Of a stretch of 64,000 nucleotides of DNA, positions 49,898-59,631 are shown in pieces (position 1 is the first letter of the stretch; each line of letters opens with the position of its first letter). A program made the position numbers and the translations under genes. Source of the stretch: a virus (lineage: Duplodnaviria > Caudoviricetes); the IMG/VR virus record IMGVR_UViG_3300027627_000003, positions 24,926 to 88,925 of that record; one strand, given 5' to 3'. The notes under the pieces were generated by a model, which saw only the letters and a program-made list of their open reading frames with translations, made no database searches and had not been told where the DNA came from.

Positions 49898-51673
49898 TTA
49901 TGCCGCGAGCATATTTTTGAGTTTATTCATCAGAATTTTCGGTAAATCGTCTGCTTTTTCTACAACAATATTTTTTGGGTAAAAATCTTGTACTGCGTCT
50001 GTTTGTATGCCTATTCCGACTATTTCAATGCCGACATTTTCAATATCAGAGACTGCATTTTTTAGATCTTTTTCTAAAATTGCGGTTTTGCATGTAGGGC
50101 AAAAGGGTTGACCATCGGATAGGACAAACATGATTTTTCTTTTATTAGGTTGTTCATGTAGTCTCTCGGCAAAATACCGGATGCTTTCACCGTCAATATT
50201 TGTATTAGACGATTTAATTAACGACAAAGATTGAAGATTTTCAGAATTAAAACTTTTGAAAATAGTTAATTCAATACCTTGTTGGCGTGTTGACCCTCTG
50301 ACGTTATATTCACCTGTGGTAGTAAATCCACCAATTTCAACTTTAATATCAAGAGATTGAAGTGCTTCTGCTAAAATTATTGCTGTTTTTTGAGCTGTTT
50401 TTATTTTGTCGTCATCATGCATTGAACCACTTTGGTCAATCACTAGAGTTACACTAATGTCCCTATTTTCTTCACGTTTTTGCATTTTAAAAGGTCGATC
50501 ATATCCAGGTGAGGTAAGTACCTTTACAAGTGCCTTATTATTTATTGCTCCGACATCTTGCTCGGTACGCCATCCAGTATCAGATTCGGCAGTTAAAACC
50601 TCGTCCAATTCAATTGTAGTTTTATCAATTAGTGCGCGAAGTGGTGATAATAAACTTTTATAGGACGAGCTAGTTACTTGAGATAAATCGACAATTTTAT
50701 CTGCCGATGATTTTGCTGGTATATAATCTTGATTTTCTTGACGTATATTTTGAACTTGGGATTCGATATAACTGTGTATATCTACTGGAACATCTGAATC
50801 TGTATTTTGTAAAATATCATCAGCACTAACAGTCTGCTCAATTTTAGGTCTTTTACCTTTACCTTGTTTTTTTCCTGTTTTTTGACCTGTTTTTTGACCT
50901 GCTTTACTTCCTTTGCTATTTTTTCTACTTTCGGTGTCCTCGTTGCCCTCGTTGCTACCCTCGTTGCCCTCGCTACCCTCGTTGCCCTCCTCGTCGCCCT
51001 CACTACTATCGCTGCCCTCGGCACTACCCTCGTTGCCTTCATCGCTACCTTTGCCTTTCTCGTCGCCCTCGCTATCTTCGGTGTTTTCACATTCGCTTTT
51101 TTCTTCGTCTGCAGGAGGGTTAAGAATTAATTGGGTTATTTTTTTAGTGATATTGTGTATTTGGGCAGTTGTTGTTGCTGCGTTCAAAGTTTGGGCTAGT
51201 GACACAACTTTTTTTGAAAATAAGGCTTTTGTGTCCGCATCTAGTCTAAGTTTTCTGCCGTCCATAACCCTGCGTACATTATCAGCTATTCTAAAAATGG
51301 CAGGTAGTTCAGACCAGCGTTCCTCGTTAATTTTGCCCCATTTTTCGTTAATAAAATCAAGATTATAGCGGCAACCTGGATATTTATCGATCATGAGTCG
51401 TTCAATGCGGGTGTCTTCACAAGCATTGGTCATAAACCTATGTAAATCATTATCAAATTTAGACACCCCAAAGTCTGTGAATAAACAGTGGGCTACTTCA
51501 TGGTCAAGGAAGCCTTCAATTTCTTTACGGAATTCGACCTCGATTTTATCAGGCAGGGCAGGGAGATAGATAGCATTACCATCAGTACAAGGCTGTTTTC
51601 CCTCAAAATAGAGTTGAATCTTGTATTGACCTGATATAAGTCTGGCTAGTTTTTTCATGCTGGTTTCTAACAT
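49898..51673 (-). CDS. CobT-like vWA-domain protein, paralogue 2
   Basis: Same architecture as paralogue 1 with a different (EGNEGS/KTGQ) repeat linker. Confidence 0.88.
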   Translation of the reverse strand: MLETSMKKLARLISGQYKIQLYFEGKQPCTDGNAIYLPALPDKIEVEFRKEIEGFLDHEVAHCLFTDFGVSKFDNDLHRFMTNACEDTRIERLMIDKYPGCRYNLDFINEKWGKINEERWSELPAIFRIADNVRRVMDGRKLRLDADTKALFSKKVVSLAQTLNAATTTAQIHNITKKITQLILNPPADEEKSECENTEDSEGDEKGKGSDEGNEGSAEGSDSSEGDEEGNEGSEGNEGSNEGNEDTESRKNSKGSKAGQKTGQKTGKKQGKGKRPKIEQTVSADDILQNTDSDVPVDIHSYIESQVQNIRQENQDYIPAKSSADKIVDLSQVTSSSYKSLLSPLRALIDKTTIELDEVLTAESDTGWRTEQDVGAINNKALVKVLTSPGYDRPFKMQKREENRDISVTLVIDQSGSMHDDDKIKTAQKTAIILAEALQSLDIKVEIGGFTTTGEYNVRGSTRQQGIELTIFKSFNSENLQSLSLIKSSNTNIDGESIRYFAERLHEQPNKRKIMFVLSDGQPFCPTCKTAILEKDLKNAVSDIENVGIEIVGIGIQTDAVQDFYPKNIVVEKADDLPKILMNKLKNMLAA

Positions 51674-51700
51674 GGTATATCTCCGCTTGTTATATGTATC

Positions 51701-51727
51701 TTATCGGCTTAAAAGTTAAAAACTTTA
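51701..51727 (-). promoter_or_regulatory. sigma-28/FliA-type promoter, perfect consensus
   Basis: TAAAGTTT-N11-GCCGATAA. Confidence 0.82.
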
Positions 51728-51797
51728 ACTTTAAAAATATTATTTTTTATAACATTTTAATTTTATTGAACTTTTGTTAAAAACAAAAAATAAAAAT

Positions 51798-51824
51798 TAA
51801 AGTTTTTTTTTATTAGCCCGATAA
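51798..51824 (+). promoter_or_regulatory. sigma-28/FliA-type promoter, divergent partner
   Basis: TAAAGTTT-N11-CCCGATAA. Confidence 0.75.
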
Positions 51825-51872
51825 GAGTGTTATAAGCGCACACAAAAAGGCGCATAACAAAGGAGTAAGAGT

Positions 51873-53057
51873 ATGGCAAGACGATTGAGCAGTGAAACCC
51901 GCGAAGAAATTGCTAATGCAGTAGGATCTTTAGCAACAATTGCTAAAAAATACAGTGTCAGCATTCCAACTGTATCAAACCTACGCAAACAGTTTAATAC
52001 TACTCGTCGTCACAAGTCAGCCATGCCTACTAGTACTACTGCCGCAATGCATAGCAGCGACGGCAAAAGCGTAAAAGTTCAGACTAAGCCGCTTACTATT
52101 GCAGATCAATTAGCAGATCAATTAAAAAAAATGTTTAGTGTCGCTGTAAAAAATGCCGAGGATCTGAAACTCGTCCCACAGCGTGATCCTAATTACATTT
52201 ATCGTGAGCACGCACAAAATGTCGTAGCAGACCTAATGGCTAACGACGCTTTGCTTATAGCTGGACTTCCCGGCACTGGTAAAACTAGCTTATTAGAACA
52301 ACTAGCTGCCCTAACGGAAATTCCGCTGCTCGGTGTGTCTTGTTATGAGGGTATGACGGTCAATGATTTGATCGGTGCATGGAAATTAATTGAAGGTCAA
52401 ACTGTTTGGGTAGACGGTCCTCTTACCACAGCTATGCGGCAAGGGTATTGGTTTATAATTGATGAATTTGACTATGCCGAGGCTGGCGTCCTTGGATTAC
52501 TGAATAAAGTTACTCAGCCTATTACTGCGGCATCGCCACAACGTAAATTGATTTTAGCTGAAAAAGCTGGCGAAGTTGTCGTTGCACATCCAAACTTCAG
52601 GATCGTAGCGACAGCCAATAGTATCGGTAATATGCAAAAATATCGTCGGATGTTCCCGAACACTCGTCCTATGAATTTCGCTACACTGGACCGTTTTTCG
52701 ATCTATAAAGTCGATTGGATGGCAAAAAACGATGAAGTAGACTATCTGTGTGCCCATTTCAAAATTGAAAAAGAACACAGAGCTTATTTCAATAAATTTG
52801 TAGACTTAGCTGATGTTACTCGTCAGGCATTCAGTCGTGGTGAGGGTGAAATGAGTTTTCCAATAACTACGCGCAGATTGATAAAATTAATTACTTATCT
52901 ACAACGCCATTCACAAAATCATTCTGAAAAAAATCTGGTAGCAGAAGACCGTGTGCTCGATGGCTGTAAAGAAGTCATATTTTCGATCTGTAATGACGTT
53001 GAAATCGAAGCTCTCACTGGATATGTTCGTCGCGTTTTCGCGGAGAAAAGAGCCTAA
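51873..53057 (+). CDS. MoxR/CobS-like AAA+ ATPase with N-terminal HTH-like segment
   Basis: Walker A GLPGTGKT, W.DGPL..AM..G, Walker B IIDEFD, HPNFRIVATAN and LDRF. Confidence 0.9.
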   Translation: MARRLSSETREEIANAVGSLATIAKKYSVSIPTVSNLRKQFNTTRRHKSAMPTSTTAAMHSSDGKSVKVQTKPLTIADQLADQLKKMFSVAVKNAEDLKLVPQRDPNYIYREHAQNVVADLMANDALLIAGLPGTGKTSLLEQLAALTEIPLLGVSCYEGMTVNDLIGAWKLIEGQTVWVDGPLTTAMRQGYWFIIDEFDYAEAGVLGLLNKVTQPITAASPQRKLILAEKAGEVVVAHPNFRIVATANSIGNMQKYRRMFPNTRPMNFATLDRFSIYKVDWMAKNDEVDYLCAHFKIEKEHRAYFNKFVDLADVTRQAFSRGEGEMSFPITTRRLIKLITYLQRHSQNHSEKNLVAEDRVLDGCKEVIFSICNDVEIEALTGYVRRVFAEKRA

Positions 53058-53084
53058 AATATGCGAGTGGAACCAATATTTATT

Positions 53085-53111
53085 TAAAGTTTTTATAAAA
53101 TGCTCCGATAA
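53085..53111 (+). promoter_or_regulatory. sigma-28/FliA-type promoter
   Basis: TAAAGTTT-N11-TCCGATAA. Confidence 0.75.
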
Positions 53112-53139
53112 GTAGTTATATTACATGCGGGGGTTAAAT

Positions 53140-53598
53140 ATGGATAATTTACGCAGCATAGCTATTTCTTGGGTTTTAAAATGCTTTAACGACATGGGCG
53201 GCAAAAATCTAACGGATGAGCAGCGTAGGCTTATGCACGACGACAAATATTTGTCTGATTGGCTACTAGCTACAAATTTTAAAAAAATACCTTTACCTAC
53301 CTCTTTGTACTTCACCGCGCCTGAATCTACGGTAATCGTCGAGGTGGAGGATTACGAGGTCGAAATCTCTATCTCAAAATGGTTAAAGAGAAACGATGGA
53401 ATTGGTGCTTATGAATATTGGGGATCAAGAGGGTTTGATGCAGGTAACGACTATGCCGAAGTCGAGGAGATTACCTGCGATGCGAAAGATCCCTACGTCA
53501 AATGGTATATCGAAAATTATTTGTTCGATGAAATTCAGGTTGAAAGCATTTCTAACTACGACGAACCAGAGTACGAGCGAGATGATGATTACGCTTGA
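53140..53598 (+). CDS. hypothetical protein
   Basis: GIGAYEYWG motif; start moved to ATG 53140 after GGGGG. Confidence 0.6.
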   Translation: MDNLRSIAISWVLKCFNDMGGKNLTDEQRRLMHDDKYLSDWLLATNFKKIPLPTSLYFTAPESTVIVEVEDYEVEISISKWLKRNDGIGAYEYWGSRGFDAGNDYAEVEEITCDAKDPYVKWYIENYLFDEIQVESISNYDEPEYERDDDYA

Positions 53599-53627
53599 AT
53601 TTAAAGATTAGGCTAAGGAGGTAGTAA

Positions 53628-53807
53628 ATGAGCAAAGTTACCAAACAGCAGCAGCAGAACCGTTTTCTGTCGAACGCTCAGGCTCATGAGGCTTATGACA
53701 GCTACAGGCATTCTGAGACATTGCTGGGGTACAGACCCGCCAGTTTTGCGGACTGGATAAAGACCTTTCAAAGGAAGGCTCGCCAATTTAAAACAATTAA
53801 AACCTAG
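53628..53807 (+). CDS. 59-aa hypothetical protein
   Basis: AAGGAGG RBS; MSKVTKQQQQNRF...; below the ORF-track cutoff. Confidence 0.55.
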   Translation: MSKVTKQQQQNRFLSNAQAHEAYDSYRHSETLLGYRPASFADWIKTFQRKARQFKTIKT

Positions 53808-53881
53808 TTTTTACCTCTTGCCTACATAACCAATATTTTAAATCATGAGATATTACTTGGGGGTGCTTTGCTGGCACCTTT

Positions 53882-54187
53882 TTAGTCAGGTTTTTCATTA
53901 TCAAGATTATTTTCTTCATCTAAATTACTTCTTAAAATATTAATCGCTAATTTTAGCGAAGCGGACTTTCTGCATACTAGGTCTTCGATATCGACCTGCA
54001 GAGATTCAGCGATACGCATCAAAGATGCAAGGCTTAGATTACGGGCATTTTGCTCCAGTATCGCAACGTATCGCAGCGATACCTTTAATCTTTTCGCTAG
54101 ATCTTCCTGTGACCAATTTTTTGCTTGTCTACATTTTTTTATGTTTTTAGCAACACGCCTACAAATTTCATATTTTTTGGAAGTCAT
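53882..54187 (-). CDS. XRE-family helix-turn-helix regulator
   Basis: NIKKCRQAKNWSQEDLA......Y...LE..RNLSL..L.RIA.SL.V. Confidence 0.88.
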   Translation of the reverse strand: MTSKKYEICRRVAKNIKKCRQAKNWSQEDLAKRLKVSLRYVAILEQNARNLSLASLMRIAESLQVDIEDLVCRKSASLKLAINILRSNLDEENNLDNEKPD

Positions 54188-54205
54188 AACTTCTCCTTTT
54201 TGTAC

Positions 54206-54233
54206 TTATCGGTTCTTTTAAGAAAAAACTTTA
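54206..54233 (-). promoter_or_regulatory. sigma-28/FliA-type promoter
   Basis: TAAAGTTT-N12-ACCGATAA. Confidence 0.65.
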
Positions 54234-54341
54234 GTTAAAAACATAAGTTATTGATTTTCAAATCTAAATTTTTCTGTTGCAAGTCTATTTTTTTGAGGTA
54301 GGCTTGAGGACTAACTTAAAAACTAAGATGGGGTAGCGGAA

Positions 54342-54587
54342 ATGGCGGATATTTCGATGCGGAATTGTGATTTTTGCGGCAGCTTGTATAAGCCCAAAAT
54401 GCTAATTCAGAAAAATTGCTCACCCAGTCAAAATCACGAATGTTATAATGTACGGTACAGGGCTAAATGTGATCGAGCACAAAAGAAATTTCGCGCTAAG
54501 AAAAAAATTATAAAAGAGATGCAGGAAGCTACTATTTATAACAGTAGCCCTGCTTGTAAAGACCTTAATTCTTTAGAAGGTAGGTAG
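54342..54587 (+). CDS. small Cys-rich hypothetical protein
   Basis: CDFC...QKNCS...EC pattern. Confidence 0.55.
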   Translation: MADISMRNCDFCGSLYKPKMLIQKNCSPSQNHECYNVRYRAKCDRAQKKFRAKKKIIKEMQEATIYNSSPACKDLNSLEGR

Positions 54588-55092
54588 CGGTAACACCGAC
54601 ACCAAGAATTTTAAAATCTGCTTGTGCTTTTGGTACATTTTTTGTGGTAGTGCAGAGTGTGGCTCTTACAGTTATGAAATTTAAATCTTGAATATTTGAT
54701 ATTTTCAGTACGTCACATTCTCCTTCCACGCCAAGATATTCTAAGCTAAAGATAGTGCTTTGATAGTTTTTTTCTTCTCGTATTTTTTCTAAAAATTCCA
54801 TAGTTAAAATTTCATTTGGTACTTTTTTTACTACTCCAAATTTTATTTTATTAAATTTTGTCTCCGCAAACCCATCGACTTTAAAAGTAGTACCTTCATC
54901 ATCTTGTTCTGTGACTAAAACATTAAACTCACTTTTATTTAAAAATTTGTCTGATTGAGTAGGGTCCATAACATAGATACTCTGATCGCCAACCTTCACG
55001 GGCTGTTCTGATGGTTGTACCTCTGGACTTTTTTTATTCTCTTGACCACACGAAAATAAAAACACAAATGCTGACAGCAAATACTTACGCAT
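54565..55092 (-). CDS. predicted lipoprotein
   Basis: Start moved to ATG 55092: MRKYLLSAFVFLFSC lipobox. Confidence 0.7.
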   Translation of the reverse strand: MRKYLLSAFVFLFSCGQENKKSPEVQPSEQPVKVGDQSIYVMDPTQSDKFLNKSEFNVLVTEQDDEGTTFKVDGFAETKFNKIKFGVVKKVPNEILTMEFLEKIREEKNYQSTIFSLEYLGVEGECDVLKISNIQDLNFITVRATLCTTTKNVPKAQADFKILGVGVTATYLLKN

Positions 55093-55160
55093 AATGCCCT
55101 CCGAAATCGCTCTAGTTATAATGTGTATTAAAAGAATAAGGCGTGTAATATAATTTAATC

Positions 55161-55919
55161 TTAGATGAGATTCCAACTAGGACAGTATAAATCGGACGTA
55201 TCGTGAGTAATGCTAGGTGAGAACCAAGTCTTAGGTGCAATTACTTGCGTACTTTTAGAAAGCCATGCTCCCCACCAACTATAAGTGCTGTTAGCTATAA
55301 TATGATGGTTACATAAAGACATAAGACATAAGTCAGTCTTAGTATCTCCTTTTTGAATAAAAAACCTATCGCCTTTAAATACCGATTTACACCAGTCTCT
55401 ATCATCTGAAAAAACTAATACGGGTAAAGTTTTATCATAAAAAGATAAAGCCTTTTCATAATAATCGACATCTAACATCGGATGTATATGAGGTATTTTT
55501 TGATAGTCGCCATGCCTTATATGAAGGCTGATGAACTCAGATCCATCATGGATCGTTTTCAAATATCTTTTACAGAAATTACTAGTGTCCGAATCGAATG
55601 AAAAATCCGATCTTATTTCCTCTTTTATATTCGCAAAATACTTTTCCGATTGAAAATAACCAAATAAATTTACGTCATTTTCACAAGTATTAAATAGTTT
55701 TTCAGAAAAATGAAAATGTGGCTCTGCTGTGCTAAAGTTATTTGTTATGAGTTTATTGCATTTAAATTTGAAAACATTTTGGATGTTATCTTCAATATAT
55801 TGTTTTGCGGGAATACAAAAATCAAATTTGCGGTTGCGTGCAATGCCTTTTAGAGCTGCGTACTGAAACATTTGATTACCAAGACGACCGAGATTACCTA
55901 AATTATCAAAGGATAACAT
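55161..55919 (-). CDS. alpha-1,2-fucosyltransferase-like (GT11)
   Basis: GRLGNQMFQYA, GYFQSEKYF, SLHIRHGDY, FSDD and IIANSTYSWWGAWL. Confidence 0.9.
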   Translation of the reverse strand: MLSFDNLGNLGRLGNQMFQYAALKGIARNRKFDFCIPAKQYIEDNIQNVFKFKCNKLITNNFSTAEPHFHFSEKLFNTCENDVNLFGYFQSEKYFANIKEEIRSDFSFDSDTSNFCKRYLKTIHDGSEFISLHIRHGDYQKIPHIHPMLDVDYYEKALSFYDKTLPVLVFSDDRDWCKSVFKGDRFFIQKGDTKTDLCLMSLCNHHIIANSTYSWWGAWLSKSTQVIAPKTWFSPSITHDTSDLYCPSWNLI

Positions 55920-55946
55920 AGACCTACCTATATATATATATATGTC

Positions 55947-56147
55947 TTAGTTTACAAACTTTTTAGACTTTTTCTTTTTAACCTTATCCACAGGCTCAAG
56001 CAAAGCTATTTTTTCTTTTAATTGAGAAAGCTGGGCTTCTATTTCAGTAAATATATCCCAAGTAGTTAAGCTTTTTTTAATGTGTAGCACTACCCAACAT
56101 CCGATGACTAACAATGCTAATGTGTTAAAAACAGTTAATCCTAACAT
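55947..56147 (-). CDS. small membrane protein
   Basis: N-terminal TM helix and coiled coil. Confidence 0.5.
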   Translation of the reverse strand: MLGLTVFNTLALLVIGCWVVLHIKKSLTTWDIFTEIEAQLSQLKEKIALLEPVDKVKKKKSKKFVN

Positions 56148-56156
56148 TAATCTTCC

Positions 56157-56384
56157 TTAATCGTAAAGTGGACGTTCTAATATATAATATCTTTCTTCAG
56201 TCTCTAAATCTTCGTCCGATAAATCAGGCATAGCATAAAAATCTTTGTCTGAATAATATACAAAGTATGGATAAGAATCGTTTATGTAATCTACCGCACT
56301 CTCTAAGCTAGAAAAAACACGCTCAACTTCAGTAAAAATATCTGGATAATCCTTCACTACCAAGAAAACGTCTAACGACTTCAT
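56157..56384 (-). CDS. hypothetical protein
   Basis: 75 aa; GGAGG RBS. Confidence 0.6.
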   Translation of the reverse strand: MKSLDVFLVVKDYPDIFTEVERVFSSLESAVDYINDSYPYFVYYSDKDFYAMPDLSDEDLETEERYYILERPLYD

Positions 56385-56486
56385 AAATCACCTCCAAATT
56401 AATCTCGTTAAATTTAATCTCATTGGCTGACTGGTCAACATAGATTATTTGGCATGGATAAAATATTCTAAATTACGGAGTTTACT

Positions 56487-57341
56487 ATGAAAACTTTGGT
56501 TGCGATTACTTTATTTTTCAATAGCCTTCACGGTACAAATTTTATGCCTGAAAACAATTTAGATCAGGAGATTAGTCTAAACGCCGATGCCGGTTTAACC
56601 CAAGAACAATTCAATAAAGTTATTTCAGATACAGAAAAAGTATATCAACCTATTTTTAAAAAATTTGGTGTGTCATTAAAAGTTGAAAAACATTGGCGTG
56701 ACAATACAGTAAATGCATATGCACAACAGAACTCACCCACGGAGTGGGAAGTACACATGTTCGGTGGGTTGGCGCGTAGACCTGAAGTGACGCAAGACGG
56801 TTTCGCATTGGTTCTTTGCCACGAGCTTGGGCATCACCTCAGTGGATTCCCCTTTGTCACCGACTGGGCAGCTAACGAAGGTCAATCCGACATGCACGCT
56901 ACAGGTGCCTGTGCTCAAAAAATATTTACAGACAACACCCAGCTCTCTCTAATAGCAGACGATGTAGTACCTGATCTTCTTAAGAAAAAATGTGATCTTA
57001 ATTTTAAAACGGCAAAAAGTCGTGACATCTGTGCGAGATCATTGGCTGCTGGAAAATCTTTGGCTAATCTTTTAGCTGTCCTTAAACATGAAAAGGTCAG
57101 TTTCGACACACCAGACACTTCTGTTGTAAATGTTACTGACAATGAGCACCCAGCAGCACAGTGTCGATTAGATACATTTGTGGCGGCTGCATTGTGTGGT
57201 GCGTCTAAATGGGACTACGATTTAATTCCAGGTAAGAATTTAGATCATGAATCTCTAGAGGCACAAACCGAAGCATTTAATCACTCTTGTCCTGACGGTG
57301 AAGGTTCTCGTCCGAAGTGCTGGTTTGCTGCGTTGGAATGA
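56487..57341 (+). CDS. secreted HEXXH zinc metalloprotease-like protein
   Basis: Signal peptide; VNAYA, MFGGLAR, LCHELGHH, NEGQSD and HP.AQCRLDT. Confidence 0.8.
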   Translation: MKTLVAITLFFNSLHGTNFMPENNLDQEISLNADAGLTQEQFNKVISDTEKVYQPIFKKFGVSLKVEKHWRDNTVNAYAQQNSPTEWEVHMFGGLARRPEVTQDGFALVLCHELGHHLSGFPFVTDWAANEGQSDMHATGACAQKIFTDNTQLSLIADDVVPDLLKKKCDLNFKTAKSRDICARSLAAGKSLANLLAVLKHEKVSFDTPDTSVVNVTDNEHPAAQCRLDTFVAAALCGASKWDYDLIPGKNLDHESLEAQTEAFNHSCPDGEGSRPKCWFAALE

Positions 57342-57639
57342 TGACGCCTTTGTTCATATTATCTGCCGGAATCACAAAAGATATCAATCTAAACCATTAT
57401 ACATGGCGTTTTTAAAATATGGTTTAGAATTTTTTTCTTTGGAAATTTTAGAGTATGTAGACAACATATTTTAAAATTAAAAGATGGTCGCTGGCAAACA
57501 CAATTCAAAAACAAAAAAATAGGAAAAATGCCCAGTCTAATTTTTAGCACATTAGACGAGGCAATTAAATTTAGAATCACAGTGTAGTTTGACACTAAAG
57601 TCAATTTCCTGTAGGGGTATGGGGGTTTTTAATATGTTA

Positions 57640-59631
57640 TTAATTTTTGTTCGTTCTGCCTATAAACGATCCCAAAACTCGTCCTGTAGGACTGACCACG
57701 GCGGGGTTTCTATTTATATTAGTTTGGTACATGGAACGAGTACTCCTAGAACCGCCTGCCATAACTAACCCACCGCCTTGCTGCTTAACTTTATTAGAAA
57801 GCGCAATACCGCCTTTATACTCAAATTCAGATTTTATTTTTGGATCCCAAAGAAAAGTACAACCGAGCGAAACAGCTCTAAAGATATCGTCGTGTCCATC
57901 ACCTTTAGTTATTTTATTGCCTACCTCTCTCACTGAGAGGCATTGCCAAAGTAAATGCAGGCAAGGATTTTCATATAATATTTCCTCAACCGGTCTAGGT
58001 GATGACTCTACTTTTTCAAAAGATATCTCCGGCGTAATATTTTCTAATTTGCCCTGATATAGATTGCTCCTAAACTGCATAAAGTCTTTATAAGCCATCG
58101 AATATTGCAGTGCATTGACACCTTTTTTCTTTAGCGTGTCTATATGTCCCATACTTTGCCATTGGTCATATATCACGAGTTTTATATTAAGTTTTTCACA
58201 TAAGGGCAGGACAAAATCATTAAACATACCATCGAAGTCTACTAGGCGGGGTTTTTGAGTATAAATAGCCCATAAACCAGCTACCTGTACAACTGAGAAA
58301 TCATCTTCTTTTAATTTCAAAAGACTTAAAGCGTAACCACAATCACTACGTCCCATATCTATAGATAAGCAATAAGGTATGTTTCTAGAGACGCCCATAT
58401 TCACACAGCTTAAATAATCACCAAGTTTCCCTGCCTCTTTTGTAATTGCACTCCAATTGGGTATTTCCAGCATGGCTGAATTATTAACTAGTTCAAAACT
58501 ATCTATAAATGGATCTTTAGCAAATGGCGGTTCGCTACCGTAGTCACGGTTAAAAGTCTGGGGATCTTTTTTACGTTCATTCTCTAAGAATTCTACATCT
58601 AAATTAGGATTCACTTCCCAAGATGCTTTATGGGAAGTAACTTTCGTCTGGTCTGTACGTCCTAATTTTATAAGACGCATGATATAGTCGGTTTTGGATT
58701 TAGTAGATGATTGTACAGTCATCCAGGCTGTCGGTGCATTAAAGTCACCCGCTAAGAATTTTTTTCTAGCGGCAGACCTAATCGTCGCAGATGCTTTTTC
58801 ATAAGTCGTATAAGTTTCATGTGGGTTATGCTGGCGAGATTCCATATCGCCTTCAAACAAACCAATCTCGTCTATGCTGGTAAATAATGCTGTTCTACCA
58901 CGCTCAACATCATTTGCTGATCCTACAACGTAACCAATGATGCCCTTGTGTACATAGGCAAACCCTTCATTTAACCAGCGAACTAATTCAACTCCTTTCT
59001 TACGACTATGGTAGTTCATAAAATCATGATACTGACTAAACCAGTCTGAGTTCTGAACACCGCGAGTAAAATGCATCCAGTTAGTTTGCTTTGCCTGCCT
59101 CAGTGTCATAGCGACAAATCGCATATAAAGCTCTTGTCCTTGCAATGCACCAAAATAAGCAGCGGGGTTAGGTAACCGTAACATACGGTGTAAAACATAT
59201 GTTGCGATCATCCCACCCGCTACTGCTGACTTTCCGCTACGCATTCCCCATAAAAGATCTACTTCATCAGGGAAAAAAAATAATTTATCATGATACTGAT
59301 CTAACCTAGATTTATGACACTTAGGACATAAACCATCTTCAAGTAGCTGAATTTCACTTAAAATATTTCCAACTTCTAAGTTTACATTCCATTCTTTATT
59401 GCAGAAATCTTCATTTGAGCAATAAAAACAGACATCGCCAAATAATTTCAATATGACTTGTAACTGTAGGGGGAAAATGGATTTAATATTTAGAAATTCA
59501 GAACCCGTTACCCACTCGTAGGCATTTTTTGCCCAAGGTAATTGCCTCTCATCTACATCAGTAACTAATGCAGGATCGAATCCACCTTTGATGGATTCCT
59601 CTATTAACTTAAGGGGATTAAATTCATTCAC
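57640..59631 (-). CDS. terL: terminase large subunit
   Basis: Walker A WGMRSGKS, Walker B SIDEIG, nuclease SIDMG, IYDQWQS and DDIFRA. Confidence 0.85.
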   Translation of the reverse strand: MNEFNPLKLIEESIKGGFDPALVTDVDERQLPWAKNAYEWVTGSEFLNIKSIFPLQLQVILKLFGDVCFYCSNEDFCNKEWNVNLEVGNILSEIQLLEDGLCPKCHKSRLDQYHDKLFFFPDEVDLLWGMRSGKSAVAGGMIATYVLHRMLRLPNPAAYFGALQGQELYMRFVAMTLRQAKQTNWMHFTRGVQNSDWFSQYHDFMNYHSRKKGVELVRWLNEGFAYVHKGIIGYVVGSANDVERGRTALFTSIDEIGLFEGDMESRQHNPHETYTTYEKASATIRSAARKKFLAGDFNAPTAWMTVQSSTKSKTDYIMRLIKLGRTDQTKVTSHKASWEVNPNLDVEFLENERKKDPQTFNRDYGSEPPFAKDPFIDSFELVNNSAMLEIPNWSAITKEAGKLGDYLSCVNMGVSRNIPYCLSIDMGRSDCGYALSLLKLKEDDFSVVQVAGLWAIYTQKPRLVDFDGMFNDFVLPLCEKLNIKLVIYDQWQSMGHIDTLKKKGVNALQYSMAYKDFMQFRSNLYQGKLENITPEISFEKVESSPRPVEEILYENPCLHLLWQCLSVREVGNKITKGDGHDDIFRAVSLGCTFLWDPKIKSEFEYKGGIALSNKVKQQGGGLVMAGGSRSTRSMYQTNINRNPAVVSPTGRVLGSFIGRTNKN

